NCBI GenBank assembly: GCA_965214405.1
Contig: OZ243956.1
Location: 800,001-864,000 of the forward strand
Length of the DNA: 64,000 nucleotides
Source of the DNA: Trueperaceae bacterium
Lineage (GTDB): Bacteria; Deinococcota; Deinococci; Deinococcales; Trueperaceae
Direction: 5' to 3'
Shown here: piece by piece, positions 1 to 9,880 of the stretch
How positions within the stretch are numbered: position 1 is the first letter of the stretch
Layout of the letters: each line of letters begins with the position of its first letter
The notes under the pieces: generated by a model
What the model was told of the DNA's origin: nothing
Database searches by the model: none
What the model saw: the letters and a program-made list of their open reading frames with translations, nothing else
Translations under genes and position numbers: made by a program

Positions 1-85
1 GGTTGATGTTTAGAATATAAAATGAACTCGTCAGCGTGTTCATAAACCGAAAGCCCGTCATCTTACCTTTTAGAAGGTGTCACTC

Positions 86-847
86 ATGGCCCAATCCACC
101 TCCGTCGCCCGCCTCTACATCCTCGACTTCGGCCTCTTCGAGGTTCACGGGGGTGATGACGGCAAGGGACGCGTCATCGGCATTCCCGGTTACCTGATTC
201 AAACCGGGGACGGCAAGAACATTCTGGTGGATACCGGCTTTCCCAAAAAGTATGCCGACGACGCCCAAAAGGCGGCGCTCGAGGACGCCCTCGACACCTT
301 TGGGCGCGTTCTGACGCTCACGCACGACAACCTCTCCGCCGCGCAACTAGCGCGCGCGGGTCTCGCCACCCAAGACGTGACCCACCTCGTTCTGACGCAC
401 TCCGACATTGACCACGTGGGCGGACTTCACGACTTTCCCAACGCTCAGCACATCATGCACGCCGACGAGCGCGCTTTTGACAGACCCCGGTATTTCGGCG
501 ACGCGAGGCCGCTCGAGTGGCCCGAACACCCCGACACGCGGCTCATAGAAAAAGACACCGAACTCGCGCCCGGCCTCACCCTGCTTTCCACCCCCGGTCA
601 CGCGCCGGGGCACCTGTCGCTGCTCGTCCGGCTGCCCGAGACGGGCGCGGTGCTGCTCACTGCCGACGCCATCTCGAGGCCCGATGAACTCGAGACGGGC
701 TTCCGCGGCGCGTGGAACGAAGGGAAAGCTAGAGAAAGTGCTTATAGGTTGATGGCGTTAGCCGAGGCGGAGGGCGCTTGGGTGGTTTATGGGCACGACC
801 CGGAGGCGTGGGAGGGGCTGAAAAAGACTCCCGAATACTACAGTTAA
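86..847 (+). CDS. N-acyl homoserine lactonase-family metallo-beta-lactamase-fold hydrolase
   Basis: ILVDTG, THSDIDHVG (HxHxDH variant), TPGHAPGH, DA and GHD motifs of the AiiA-like MBL fold. ATG at 86 is preferred over GTG at 77. Confidence 0.8.
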   Translation: MAQSTSVARLYILDFGLFEVHGGDDGKGRVIGIPGYLIQTGDGKNILVDTGFPKKYADDAQKAALEDALDTFGRVLTLTHDNLSAAQLARAGLATQDVTHLVLTHSDIDHVGGLHDFPNAQHIMHADERAFDRPRYFGDARPLEWPEHPDTRLIEKDTELAPGLTLLSTPGHAPGHLSLLVRLPETGAVLLTADAISRPDELETGFRGAWNEGKARESAYRLMALAEAEGAWVVYGHDPEAWEGLKKTPEYYS

Positions 848-1056
848 AGGGGCATTGTCTAGAGCTTACGCATATAACAAGTTTGGAACCGACGTAGCGT
901 GAGGCGTGATATTTGCGACATTCCTGCCGAACTCGAGCAAGACTTAAGCTTACATAGCGCAAGCCTTAAAACGACCCCCGATAAAGGAAATCGTGGGTGA
1001 GGACGGGAAAAGCCGGTCGAGGTCGAACCTGTCTGAGCCAAACATCTAAAGCGCGC

Positions 1057-2085
1057 TTACGCCCCGTTCTCGCTCAGCTCCTGCTCGAGTTCTTCCATCG
1101 TGGGCAGCTTGCCCTTAAATTCGCTGGGCAAGGTTTCGGTAAGCTGATATTCAGACACACCCATCGGCTTGGCCAGACCCTTCAGACTGTACGCGGCAAC
1201 GATTTCATTTTTGTCTTTGCAGAGGATGAGGCCGATGCTGGGCTGGTCGTCGGGATGTTTAAGAACGTCGTCAATCACGTTAAGGTAGAAGTTCATCTTG
1301 CCCGCGTACTCGGGCTTGAACTTGCCGTTCTTGAGGTCGATGACGACGTAGCAGCGCAGTTGAGTGTGGTAAAAAAGCAAGTCGAGATAAAAGTCTTCCC
1401 CGCCGATGTCCAAGGGGTACTGACTGCCCAAAAAGGCGAAGCCTTTACCCAGTTCCAACAGAAAGTCGCGGATGTGCTCGAGCGAAGCTTTCTCAACCTC
1501 ACGCTCGAGCGCGTCCTCGGCAATCCCCAAAAACTCGAAGTTGTAAGGGTCTTTCAGGGTTTGCCGGGCGAGGTCGGACTGGAGAGCGGGCAGGGTTTGG
1601 TCAAAGTTGCTGATGGCTTTGCCTTGCCGGTGGTAGAGGTCGGTTCCAATTTGCATTTCCAGGATGTTGCGACTCCAGCCATTTTCGATGGTCTTTTGGA
1701 TGTACCAGAGGCGCTGGTCGTGGTCTTTGACTTTGTCGAGCAGGCGGATGTTATGGCCCCAAGGAATTTGTGCAACAACTTGTTGCACAATTGACGGCTC
1801 GGGGTAAGCCTCGGCAAAAGCGCGCATATATTTGAGGTTGCGTGGCGAGAGACCTTTCATGTCGGGGAAGGCTTTTCTGAGGTCTCTCGCAAGCTGGTCG
1901 ACGACTTTCGTACCCCAGCCCAGCTCAGCTTGTTTCTCAAGAATGCTCTTCCCTATCTGCCAGTAGAGTTTGATAAGTTCGGCGTTGACAGCCAGGGCCG
2001 CTTTGAGTTGAGCACGTTTGACGCGCTCTTTGAGGTCGGTGAGCCAAGTTTGGTAGCTGTGGTCGTTCGTGTCGGGAAGGGTCAT
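1057..2085 (-). CDS. YhcG/DUF1016 family PDDEXK nuclease domain protein
   Basis: LYWQIGKSI, WGTKVVDQLARDL, KDPYNFEFL, DLLFYH, IDLK and GKMNFYL are typical of DUF1016. Start taken at MTLPDTND. Confidence 0.9.
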   Translation of the reverse strand: MTLPDTNDHSYQTWLTDLKERVKRAQLKAALAVNAELIKLYWQIGKSILEKQAELGWGTKVVDQLARDLRKAFPDMKGLSPRNLKYMRAFAEAYPEPSIVQQVVAQIPWGHNIRLLDKVKDHDQRLWYIQKTIENGWSRNILEMQIGTDLYHRQGKAISNFDQTLPALQSDLARQTLKDPYNFEFLGIAEDALEREVEKASLEHIRDFLLELGKGFAFLGSQYPLDIGGEDFYLDLLFYHTQLRCYVVIDLKNGKFKPEYAGKMNFYLNVIDDVLKHPDDQPSIGLILCKDKNEIVAAYSLKGLAKPMGVSEYQLTETLPSEFKGKLPTMEELEQELSENGA

Positions 2086-2248
2086 GGAGGGCTCGAGTGT
2101 ACCGTATTCAAAAAATTCTGTTAAAAAAGATGAGGGCGACGCTCGAGCAGCATACCTCGCCGCTATACCTCGCCGCTCCCTGCTGTCTACACACCCGCTT
2201 TTGTGGGACGGGCGCGCGGCTCCCTCAGACTCTGCACCAGACTTTGCG

Positions 2249-2812
2249 TCAGACTTTGGGGTGATTTTCGAGCGCCCGCTCCGCCTGCCACAGATGCCGC
2301 CGCTCGTGCGCCAGGAGCACCAGCAGCCACTCGTACAGGGTGTAGCGCAGCCACCGCGCAAAGGGCGAGCGCACTTTCACACCTGTGATATCCAGACCAT
2401 TCATCCGCTCGAGCTGCCCCAGAAACGCGTCTTGCAAGGTTAAAAATTCGCTCTTGATGACGCTCGGCTCGAGCAGGGCGGGTGGCAAGAACGCCGCGCC
2501 CGTTTTTGTTTTGAACCTTGCGGGGGGTTCGGTGGCCCGGATAAAAAGCCGCACGAGGAGGCGAGGTCGAAAGGGGCCGCCGCTTTTTGAGCGCTCGGTC
2601 TCGAGTTTTTCTATCGCCTCATCGACCAGCACAACGCTCTCGCGCCCGGTGATGTTGAGATGATCCAGGCATTCGGCGGCGGACCAGGTGCCTGGATTGG
2701 GGCGAACCAGCAGCCTTTCGTCACCCACGCCCGCGGTGAGACGCGTGAGGGACGCTTTAAGGGCCAAAATCTGCTCTTTAAGCGCCTGAAGTTCCGGGAC
2801 AGAGTTTTGCAC
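2249..2812 (-). CDS. DinB family protein
   Basis: WSAAECLDHL and HERRHLWQ motifs. GTG at 2812 follows a GAGGAGG RBS. Confidence 0.8.
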   Translation of the reverse strand: MQNSVPELQALKEQILALKASLTRLTAGVGDERLLVRPNPGTWSAAECLDHLNITGRESVVLVDEAIEKLETERSKSGGPFRPRLLVRLFIRATEPPARFKTKTGAAFLPPALLEPSVIKSEFLTLQDAFLGQLERMNGLDITGVKVRSPFARWLRYTLYEWLLVLLAHERRHLWQAERALENHPKV

Positions 2813-2877
2813 GGGTTTGTCCTCCTCTAAATGGAGTGTAGGGGAAGCCACCCAGACATTATGTCCCGTAGAAAATA

Positions 2878-2914
2878 AAAACGCGCCTCGGTTTACAAAA
2901 CCAAAAGCGCGTCT
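2878..2914. terminator. possible intrinsic terminator downstream of msrB
   Basis: Imperfect inverted repeat ACGCGC...GCGCGT with an A-tract on the left (U-tract on the minus strand). Confidence 0.4.
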
Positions 2915-2932
2915 TATCTGCTCTGAACTTGT

Positions 2933-3364
2933 TTAGCTGTCGGTTTCGGGAACGAACTCGAGCGCCACCCCGTTGTTACAGTAGCGTTTGCCCGTGGGCT
3001 CCGGCCCGTCGTTAAACACGTGACCCTGGTGCGAGCCGCAGCGCGCGCAGTGGTATTCGGTGCGGGGCAAAATGAGCTTGAAGTCTCGTTTGGTTTCTAA
3101 GTGACCGTCGATAAAGTTATAAAAACTCGGCCAGCCCGTGCCACTGTTAAATTTCATGTCGCTCTCGAAAAGCGGCAGCCCGCAGGCAGCGCAAACGAAC
3201 GTACCGGAGCGCTTCTCTTTGTCTAACGGACTCGTACCCGCGCGTTCGGTACCCTCCTGACGCATCACGTGAAACTGCTCGGGCGTCAGTTCTTCGCGCC
3301 ACTCGGCGTTGGTTTTTTGGGTTTTTCCAACCTTGGCTGCTGTGTTGTCGACCGTATTTGCCAT
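2933..3364 (-). CDS. msrB: peptide-methionine (R)-S-oxide reductase
   Basis: GTERAGT, CAAC, KFNSGTGWPSF, HQGHVFNDGP and RYCNNG motifs. Confidence 0.97.
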   Translation of the reverse strand: MANTVDNTAAKVGKTQKTNAEWREELTPEQFHVMRQEGTERAGTSPLDKEKRSGTFVCAACGLPLFESDMKFNSGTGWPSFYNFIDGHLETKRDFKLILPRTEYHCARCGSHQGHVFNDGPEPTGKRYCNNGVALEFVPETDS

Positions 3365-3507
3365 GACACATTCTACCGCAGAGTTTTTGAGGAACCCGTA
3401 AGAGGGCTTGCACGTTCGGCGGGAGGAGGCAAGTGAAAAAGAAAAATGCGCTCTCTCGAGCGCCTATAAAGAATAGTTTACCCCCGTATACGCTATTCGT
3501 CAAGCCT

Positions 3508-3830
3508 TTGCACCCGTACCCGGACAAAAGTCTGCATGAAGCGCTTTCGGTACTCCTGAAAGTCGTGTTCCGCGCGAAAAGCTGCCTCACTTCAAGCTTG
3601 TTGCGACGTTCACCGCGCTAGATAGGGTTGAACGGGTTTCGTCCGGGTTTCAGCTTGCACCCATACTCGAGCAAAAGTCTGTATATCCCGGCAACCAAAC
3701 CCCAAAACCCAGGTTAGATGCAGTCGAATGTGCTACTCGAGAGGCCCCCGGCAATCTTTTGCTCAGCACAGACTAAACCGGGTTTTATCCAAGCTTCAGC
3801 TTGCCTCAACATCCCGGCGAAAGCCTGAAC
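3508..3830. repeat. three degenerate 30-50 bp direct repeats at 146-147 bp spacing
   Basis: TTGCAC/TTGCCT cores at 3508, 3655 and 3801. Units 1 and 2 match at 25/30; units 2 and 3 match at 34/49. Mismatches are mostly transitions. Confidence 0.6.
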
Positions 3831-3959
3831 AGCTCTTCCCGAATCCAAAAAGAGCGAGGTCGAGGTGAAGAAGCCTTCTCTAAGGGCGTTCCTCGTTGGG
3901 GCGGTCCTCGTTGGGGCGGTCTCGCGGTCGCCCCAGACGCTTGTGATTTGTGTATGCGT

Positions 3960-5138
3960 TTACGCCGCGACCTCGAGCCCCAGCGCCAGCGCCTCACCGC
4001 CGCCGATGCAAATCGCCGCGACGCCGCGCCCCCCGCCGCGCTGTTTAAGCGCGTGTAGCAGCGTCGTGACGATGCGCGCGCCCGACGCGCCGATGGGGTG
4101 ACCCAGGGCCACCGCGCCGCCATTGATGTTGACTTTGCTCCCGCCGAGTCCAAACTCTTCCATTGCCGCCATCGGCACCACCGCAAAGGCTTCGTTGATC
4201 TCAAACAGATCAACCTCGTCCGGCGACCAGCCAAGTTTGTCGAAAAGTTTCCGCATCGCGCCGACCGGGGCGGTCGTGAACCAGGCGGGGTCGTGCGCGT
4301 TAACGCTGTTGCCCCGGATGGTTGCCAGTACGCTCAAACCGCGCGCCTTCGCCGTCTCCTCCGAACAAACGACCAGCGCCGCAGCGCCGTCGTTGATGGT
4401 CGAGGCGTTGGCGGCGGTGACGGTGCCGTCTTTTTGAAAGACCGGGCGCAAACTCGGCATCTTGTCGAACTTGACCCGCCCCGGCTCTTCATCTTCGGCG
4501 ACCACGGTGACGTCGCCCTTGCGCCCCGCCACCTCGACGGAGACGATTTCGGCGTCGAAGCGGCCCTCTTTAGTGGCGGCCTGGGCGCGTTGATAAGAGC
4601 ACTTGGCAAACTCATCCTGCGCCTCACGTGAAAAATCATATTTGTCCGCGCACATCTCGGCGCACGAGCCCATGTGTTTGTCGTTGTAGGCGTCCCAAAG
4701 GCCATCGTGGACCATCGAGTCAATCATCTTGGCGTCGCCCATGCGCAAGCCGCCGCGCGCGCCCGGTAGCAAGTAGGGCGCGTTGGTCATCGACTCCATC
4801 CCGCCCGCCACCACGATGTCCGCGTCGCCCAGAGCCACGGCGCGCGCGGCCTGGATGAGGGCCTCGAGCCCGCTCCCGCACATCTTGTTAAGCGTCACCG
4901 CGGGCGTGGTGTCGGGCAATCCTGCATAAATGGCCGCCTGCCGCGCGGGGGCCTGGCCGATGCCCGCCGAGAGCACGTTGCCCATAAGCACTAAATCAAC
5001 ATCCTCGGGTTTGAGATTCGCGCGGCGCACCGCCTCCTTGATGGCCGCCGCCCCCAGCGTGGGCGCGGTAAGAGAAGCGAACGCGCCCTGGAAAGACGCA
5101 ACGGGCGTTCGTACGGCTGATGCAATCACTGTGTTCAT
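3960..5138 (-). CDS. acetyl-CoA C-acyltransferase (thiolase)
   Basis: NKMCGSG, INEAFA, GHPIGASGAR and CIGGGE thiolase motifs. Confidence 0.96.
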   Translation of the reverse strand: MNTVIASAVRTPVASFQGAFASLTAPTLGAAAIKEAVRRANLKPEDVDLVLMGNVLSAGIGQAPARQAAIYAGLPDTTPAVTLNKMCGSGLEALIQAARAVALGDADIVVAGGMESMTNAPYLLPGARGGLRMGDAKMIDSMVHDGLWDAYNDKHMGSCAEMCADKYDFSREAQDEFAKCSYQRAQAATKEGRFDAEIVSVEVAGRKGDVTVVAEDEEPGRVKFDKMPSLRPVFQKDGTVTAANASTINDGAAALVVCSEETAKARGLSVLATIRGNSVNAHDPAWFTTAPVGAMRKLFDKLGWSPDEVDLFEINEAFAVVPMAAMEEFGLGGSKVNINGGAVALGHPIGASGARIVTTLLHALKQRGGGRGVAAICIGGGEALALGLEVAA

Positions 5139-5198
5139 AGGGTTCCTCCGTTACCCAGTAATTATAGCGGGCAGGAGGTGTGCGCCCCACCTGTGTCC

Positions 5199-6749
5199 CT
5201 ACACGCCGTTCTCCGCAACCGACGCCATAAGTTCGCGCTTGCGCTTCCACAGGGCGGGAGTAAGCGAGACGTGGTAGATGTGCGGGTTGACCAGGCGCTT
5301 GACGCCCGAGTCGAGCCGCGCCACGTCGCGTTCGCGGAGGGCGCGCATGTCGTCAATCGTGGGGAGGTCGTAGACAAGGTCGCCTTCGCGGAGCACGTCG
5401 ATAAGAAGCGGCTCGACTTCGGTCACGTCTTGGGGGCGCAGGGCGCGCGCCTTGCTCGAGTCCGTCGGATGGCGCAAAACGAGCTCAGTTTCGGCTTGAA
5501 GCGTTTCCATACCCAAACTCACGACGTCGGCGGTTGCGTGGTCGCGGCGGTCGTAGACGCGCCACACATGCTTGTCGCCGGGGTTGGGGACTTTTTCGGG
5601 CGAGTCCGAGAGTTTGATGGCGGGCCGCCAGGTGCCCTCATCACAGACCGAGACGAGTTTGTACACGCCGCCCAGCGCGGGGTCGCCCTCGGAGGTGATG
5701 AGCCGCGTGCCGACGCCGTAAACGAGCCTGCTCGTGAGCGCGTCGGGGTCGACGCCGTAACTGGGGGCCTCGAGGCCAATCTGGGTGATGATTTGCCAAA
5801 TCACAAGCTCGTCGAGTTCGCCCGATAGGACGATGGAGGTTTCGTCAAAGCCCGCATCATTAAGCATCTTGGCCGCCTGAATTGCTAGGTAAGCCAAGTC
5901 GCCCGAGTCTAAACGGATACCGACGGGCTCGTGGCCCTTGCGCCGCAGTTCTTCAAACACGGTGATCGCGTGGGGCACGCCGCTGCCTAAGGTGTTCACC
6001 GTATCGACCAAGAGCAAGCACGCGTCCGGATAAGTCTCGGCGTAAGCGCGAAAAGCTTCCAACTCGCCCATCCCCAGCGCGATAAAAAGCTGCACCATGC
6101 TGTGCGCGTGCGTGCCCTTGGGCGGGTAGCCCAGCACGTGCGAGATGCCGACGTTCGAGGTAAAGTCCGCGCCGCCGATGAGCGCCGCGCGCGCGCCCGC
6201 GTTCGCGCCGCGGTCCTGGCCGCGCCGCACGCCGAACTCGAGCACCGCCCCCCCCCGCGCGCTTTCTCTAATGCGCGCCGCCTTGGTCGCAATCAAAATC
6301 TGGTAGTTAAGCTGCGCCAACAGCGAGGTTTCTAGGAGTTGCGCCATCGCCAGCGGCCCCTCGACCACCGTCAGCGGCGTGTTCGGGTGAACCACCCGCC
6401 CCTCGGGAACCGCCCGCATACTCAGCCCGCCGAAGTCACTCTTACGCAACCAGGCGAGAAAGTCGTCATCAAAAAGCCGCTTGCCGCCCTCGCCCCGCTG
6501 CGCGCGCAGCGGGGCGATTTCCTCCTCCCCAAAGCGCGCCTCTTTCATCCAGTCGAGCAGCCAGCCCAGCCCCGCGTTGACGCAGTACCCCGCCTTGTGG
6601 GTGCCGTAGTCGGGGTAGTGGCGAAAAAAATGGTCGAACTGCACCGGCTTGTCCGCAAGCCCCATGCGGTAGTAGAGCTGCGCCATCGTGAGTTGATACT
6701 GGTCGGTAAATAAGATGCCCTCAGCGAGCCGCAATTCAGAGGATGTCAT
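5199..6749 (-). CDS. pncB: nicotinate phosphoribosyltransferase
   Basis: [32 protein letters not shown] and GGVYKL motifs. Confidence 0.95.
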   Translation of the reverse strand: MTSSELRLAEGILFTDQYQLTMAQLYYRMGLADKPVQFDHFFRHYPDYGTHKAGYCVNAGLGWLLDWMKEARFGEEEIAPLRAQRGEGGKRLFDDDFLAWLRKSDFGGLSMRAVPEGRVVHPNTPLTVVEGPLAMAQLLETSLLAQLNYQILIATKAARIRESARGGAVLEFGVRRGQDRGANAGARAALIGGADFTSNVGISHVLGYPPKGTHAHSMVQLFIALGMGELEAFRAYAETYPDACLLLVDTVNTLGSGVPHAITVFEELRRKGHEPVGIRLDSGDLAYLAIQAAKMLNDAGFDETSIVLSGELDELVIWQIITQIGLEAPSYGVDPDALTSRLVYGVGTRLITSEGDPALGGVYKLVSVCDEGTWRPAIKLSDSPEKVPNPGDKHVWRVYDRRDHATADVVSLGMETLQAETELVLRHPTDSSKARALRPQDVTEVEPLLIDVLREGDLVYDLPTIDDMRALRERDVARLDSGVKRLVNPHIYHVSLTPALWKRKRELMASVAENGV

Positions 6750-6871
6750 GAGTTAAGAATACGTCATCTCCACCCCAACGCCCATAGATTCGTCCATGAA
6801 GCTTTCCAAATTTGGCTCGAGGATGTTACCTGAACGCAAACTGAGGATGTACTGCACATGTACCGTAGGCG

Positions 6872-7711
6872 CTAACGGCGAAACTGAAAGCTCGAGCCCG
6901 CACTCATCCACTCCACGCTCACGGGTTCTCTCAAGTTAAAGGTGTCGGGCAAAAGCACCACACCTGATACAGGACTCTCCGGCGACGCGCTCCCCGCCTC
7001 ACCCTCCAAAACGTTGAGGCCGTCGGGATAGCGCGCTTCGAAACTTTGCTCTCCCTGACGAAAGCGCACCACCGTCTCCCAGGGGCTCTCGCTCGAGGCG
7101 CTCACGACAAAGTAGAGCGGGCGTCCGCGCTTGAGGCTGCCCACGAAAGCGTCTAACGCGCGCTGCTGGTCGGGGAAGGCGAGACCCAACAGCCCCACGT
7201 CCACGAGCAACATGCTCACGCTGTCGGCCCCCGCGCTCCCGCTTGCGTACAGCGCCAGCGCGTCCACCTGGTTGCCCAAAGACACGGTGTCGAAGCCTCT
7301 ACCGCGCGCGGCGGCCTTCTCGAGCGGGAACCTGAGACTCAAACGCCGCCCGTCAGGTAAGATGACCGCCTCCCCCTCGAGCCGCACCTCAAAAAGGGTA
7401 AAAAGCTCCTCCGGCGCGTACCAGAGCCCGTTCTGACGGATCACAGGCGCGGGCAAGTTTAGCTCATCCTCCGCCGAGCTTGAGGTTTTCCAGAGGATAT
7501 CGGGTGACTCAAACACCGTCAGCATCCCAGCTTGGGCGCGGACCGTGAGGCTGTTCGGGGCCTCGCTCACGCTGTAGCCCAGCGCGCGCGACACGTCGGT
7601 AAGGGACAAGTAGGGCTCCTCCGCCAGCCGCAGCGCGGGCACGTCTTGCGCCCCCACCCAAGCCACCAAGCTCCAAACGAGCAAGAAAAGGTAAAACGGG
7701 ACGCGGTTCAT
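6872..7711 (-). CDS. secreted hypothetical protein (N-terminus resembles a copper-amine-oxidase/stalk-like domain)
   Basis: Long ORF with a signal peptide and YLSLTDVSRALG...WYAP segments. Confidence 0.55.
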   Translation of the reverse strand: MNRVPFYLFLLVWSLVAWVGAQDVPALRLAEEPYLSLTDVSRALGYSVSEAPNSLTVRAQAGMLTVFESPDILWKTSSSAEDELNLPAPVIRQNGLWYAPEELFTLFEVRLEGEAVILPDGRRLSLRFPLEKAAARGRGFDTVSLGNQVDALALYASGSAGADSVSMLLVDVGLLGLAFPDQQRALDAFVGSLKRGRPLYFVVSASSESPWETVVRFRQGEQSFEARYPDGLNVLEGEAGSASPESPVSGVVLLPDTFNLREPVSVEWMSAGSSFQFRR

Positions 7712-7824
7712 GAGGGTCAAGCTAGCACGCTCGAGCCCGTCCGGCGCAGGAAATTTTCTCTTATGCGAGGCTCGAGCGGCGTTTTTTCACCCCCTTATAC
7801 TTGAGCTTCAGTATCAAAATACCT

Positions 7825-8067
7825 TTCGCTGGAGTTTCCCACGCGCTATAATCTCTTTACGTTGATATTTTTATGTTCCACACCCACCGAGGTCGATGAC
7901 GCCTAAGCTGCGCTCCCTTGGAAACCGCCTGTGGCGCGGTCGGGTCTGGACTGCCCCTTTACAAACCGAAGCGCATCTTGTGAGATGCCTACAAGAGCAG
8001 GTCGCGCCGTTTTATTTATTCTGTTTTTCGTTCTATTTAGGGAACGGCGCAGGGAGGAGTTACGCGT
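7825..8067 (+). promoter_or_regulatory. hflX promoter and about 210 nt leader with uORF and inverted repeat abutting the RBS
   Basis: TATAAT at 7847-7852; uORF MFHTHRGR at 7873-7899; GCGCCGTT (about 8004-8011) can pair with AACGGCGC (8043-8050); GGAGGAG RBS at 8053-8059. Confidence 0.5.
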
Positions 8068-9780
8068 ATCGACAAAGTTCACGGTAAAACCAACTCGTTC
8101 AAGAGCAGCCAGGTCAAGAGGCTGAGCAACTTATATCGCCGCAAGCTAGCGCCTGAGATGCCGGTGAGTTTAGAGCTTGCCAGGGCGATGGGTGAGCTGT
8201 CCTTAGAGCTCAACAAGCCCGTGTCGCTGCTCGTCGACCGCCGGGGCCGCGTCGTGAGCGTGGCCGTGGGAGACGCGCAGGACACGCCGCTGCCGCCCTC
8301 CTCGGGTGAGGCGGGGCGCTTGTTTGGCCTCAGGCTCGTTCACACGCACCTTAAAGGAGGGGGGCTCTCGAGCGGCGACCTGTCGACTTTATTTCTCAAC
8401 CGCTTGGACGCCGTTGTCGCGGTAGACGTGCAACATAACGCGCAGGGCCGGGTCGAGGTCGGGGACGTTCACTTGGCGCAAATCGCGCCGCCGACCGCCT
8501 CGGAAGAGGACTGGATTGTCGAGCCGCCCGCAACTATCCGCGAGGCGGAAGAGGTCGATATGCTGGGGCGCATCCGCGCGCTAGAAGAAGAACTTGCCCG
8601 CTCGGCGAGTGCCCGCGAGGTTTTGAAGAGTTCAACGGAGCGCGCGGTCATCATCGGCCTCGACACGGGCGAGGGAAGTTTCGAGAGCGAGGCGCGGTTG
8701 GAAGAACTCGCCGAACTCGCGCGCAGCGCGGGCGCGACCGTCGCGTACCGCAGTATGCAGCAGCGTCCCGCCCCCGACCCGCGCACGCTGATAGGCCGGG
8801 GCAAGCTCCAGGAACTCGTTTCCAAGGCTTATCACGAAGACGCCGACCTGCTCCTCTTCGACCGCGAACTCAACCCCGCGCAGGCGCGCGAAATCGGGGC
8901 GGAAACGAAGCTCAAGGTTTTGGACCGCACACAGCTCATTCTGGATATCTTCGCCCAAAACGCGCGGGGGCGCGAGGCGCAGGTGCAAGTTGAGCTGGCG
9001 CAACTCCAGTATCAGCTCACCCGCCTTGCGGGGCGCGGCGCGGCGATGAGCCGTTTGGGCGGGGGCATCGGCACGCGGGGTCCCGGTGAGACGAAGCTCG
9101 AGGTCGACCGCCGCCGCATCCGCGACCGCATCACCGCGCTAGAAGCCGCGGTGGACGAGATCTCGGGTCGCCGCGCCCAGACGCGCAAGAGCCGCACCAA
9201 CGCCGACACGCCGGTCATCGCGCTGGTGGGCTACACCAACGCGGGCAAGTCCACGCTCTTTAACGCGCTTGCCAAGGCCGATGTGGAGAGCAAAAACAAG
9301 CTCTTCGCCACCTTGCGCCCGACCACCCGCGAGGGTTGGCTGCCCGCGCTGCGCGACTGGGGGGCCAAGGTTTTGTACACCGACACGGTGGGCTTTATAC
9401 GCGACCTGCCCGGTGAGCTTGTGAATGCGTTTAGAGCGACGTTGGAAGAACTTCACGACGCCGACCTGCTCCTCCACGTCGTCGACGGCGCAAGCCCCGG
9501 CGCGCCCGACCGGGTGGCGGCGGTGGAGCGGATTTTGGACGAGCTCAAGCTCGAGGTCCCGCGCTCCGTCGTCCTCAACAAGGGCGACCTGGCCGACGCG
9601 GGCGTCCTCAAGGGCCTACGCGACCGCTACGACGCGCTCGCCGTGTCCGCGGTCACGGGCGAGGGTTTAGACGACCTCAAGGCGCTCCTGGCGCGGACGC
9701 TCGAGGGTCCCGACCACGTGCCCCTGCCCAGCGACGAAGGGGCCGCCTACGGCGTGGTCTCCCCCGCTTCGTATGATTGA
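8068..9780 (+). CDS. hflX: GTPase HflX with N-terminal extension; probable AUC start
   Basis: GYTNAGKS, LFATL, DTVGF, NKGD and GTRGPGETKLE motifs. The frame is open from ATC at 8068 (IDKVHG...), 8 nt after the RBS. Confidence 0.93.
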   Translation: MDKVHGKTNSFKSSQVKRLSNLYRRKLAPEMPVSLELARAMGELSLELNKPVSLLVDRRGRVVSVAVGDAQDTPLPPSSGEAGRLFGLRLVHTHLKGGGLSSGDLSTLFLNRLDAVVAVDVQHNAQGRVEVGDVHLAQIAPPTASEEDWIVEPPATIREAEEVDMLGRIRALEEELARSASAREVLKSSTERAVIIGLDTGEGSFESEARLEELAELARSAGATVAYRSMQQRPAPDPRTLIGRGKLQELVSKAYHEDADLLLFDRELNPAQAREIGAETKLKVLDRTQLILDIFAQNARGREAQVQVELAQLQYQLTRLAGRGAAMSRLGGGIGTRGPGETKLEVDRRRIRDRITALEAAVDEISGRRAQTRKSRTNADTPVIALVGYTNAGKSTLFNALAKADVESKNKLFATLRPTTREGWLPALRDWGAKVLYTDTVGFIRDLPGELVNAFRATLEELHDADLLLHVVDGASPGAPDRVAAVERILDELKLEVPRSVVLNKGDLADAGVLKGLRDRYDALAVSAVTGEGLDDLKALLARTLEGPDHVPLPSDEGAAYGVVSPASYD

Positions 9781-9843
9781 TTTGAGACTAACGTGAAGTA
9801 GAACTGTTTTTTAGGCTTACTCAAGGGTAACGAGTGTTTCTTC

Positions 9844-9880
9844 AAACCCCCTCGCACTGACGCCGTGCGAGGGGGTTTTT
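9844..9880 (+). terminator. intrinsic terminator after hflX
   Basis: AAACCCCCTCGCAC-loop-GTGCGAGGGGGTTTTT. Confidence 0.85.

Noticed and set aside
850..1056. Possible gene remnant between the lactonase and YhcG genes
   Set aside because: Short, stop-interrupted frames with no recognisable motif.
997..1794. 265-aa plus-strand ORF
   Set aside because: Antisense shadow of the YhcG gene.
2086..2361. N-terminal 92 aa of the 434-aa YhcG ORF
   Set aside because: Overlaps the DinB gene and has no family similarity. The real start is probably 2085.
3500..3835. CRISPR array or SAM-I riboswitch (CCCGGCAACC-like words)
   Set aside because: Only three degenerate units with a 147-bp period and no cas genes. 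The other SAM-I elements and a downstream Met-pathway gene in the right orientation are missing.
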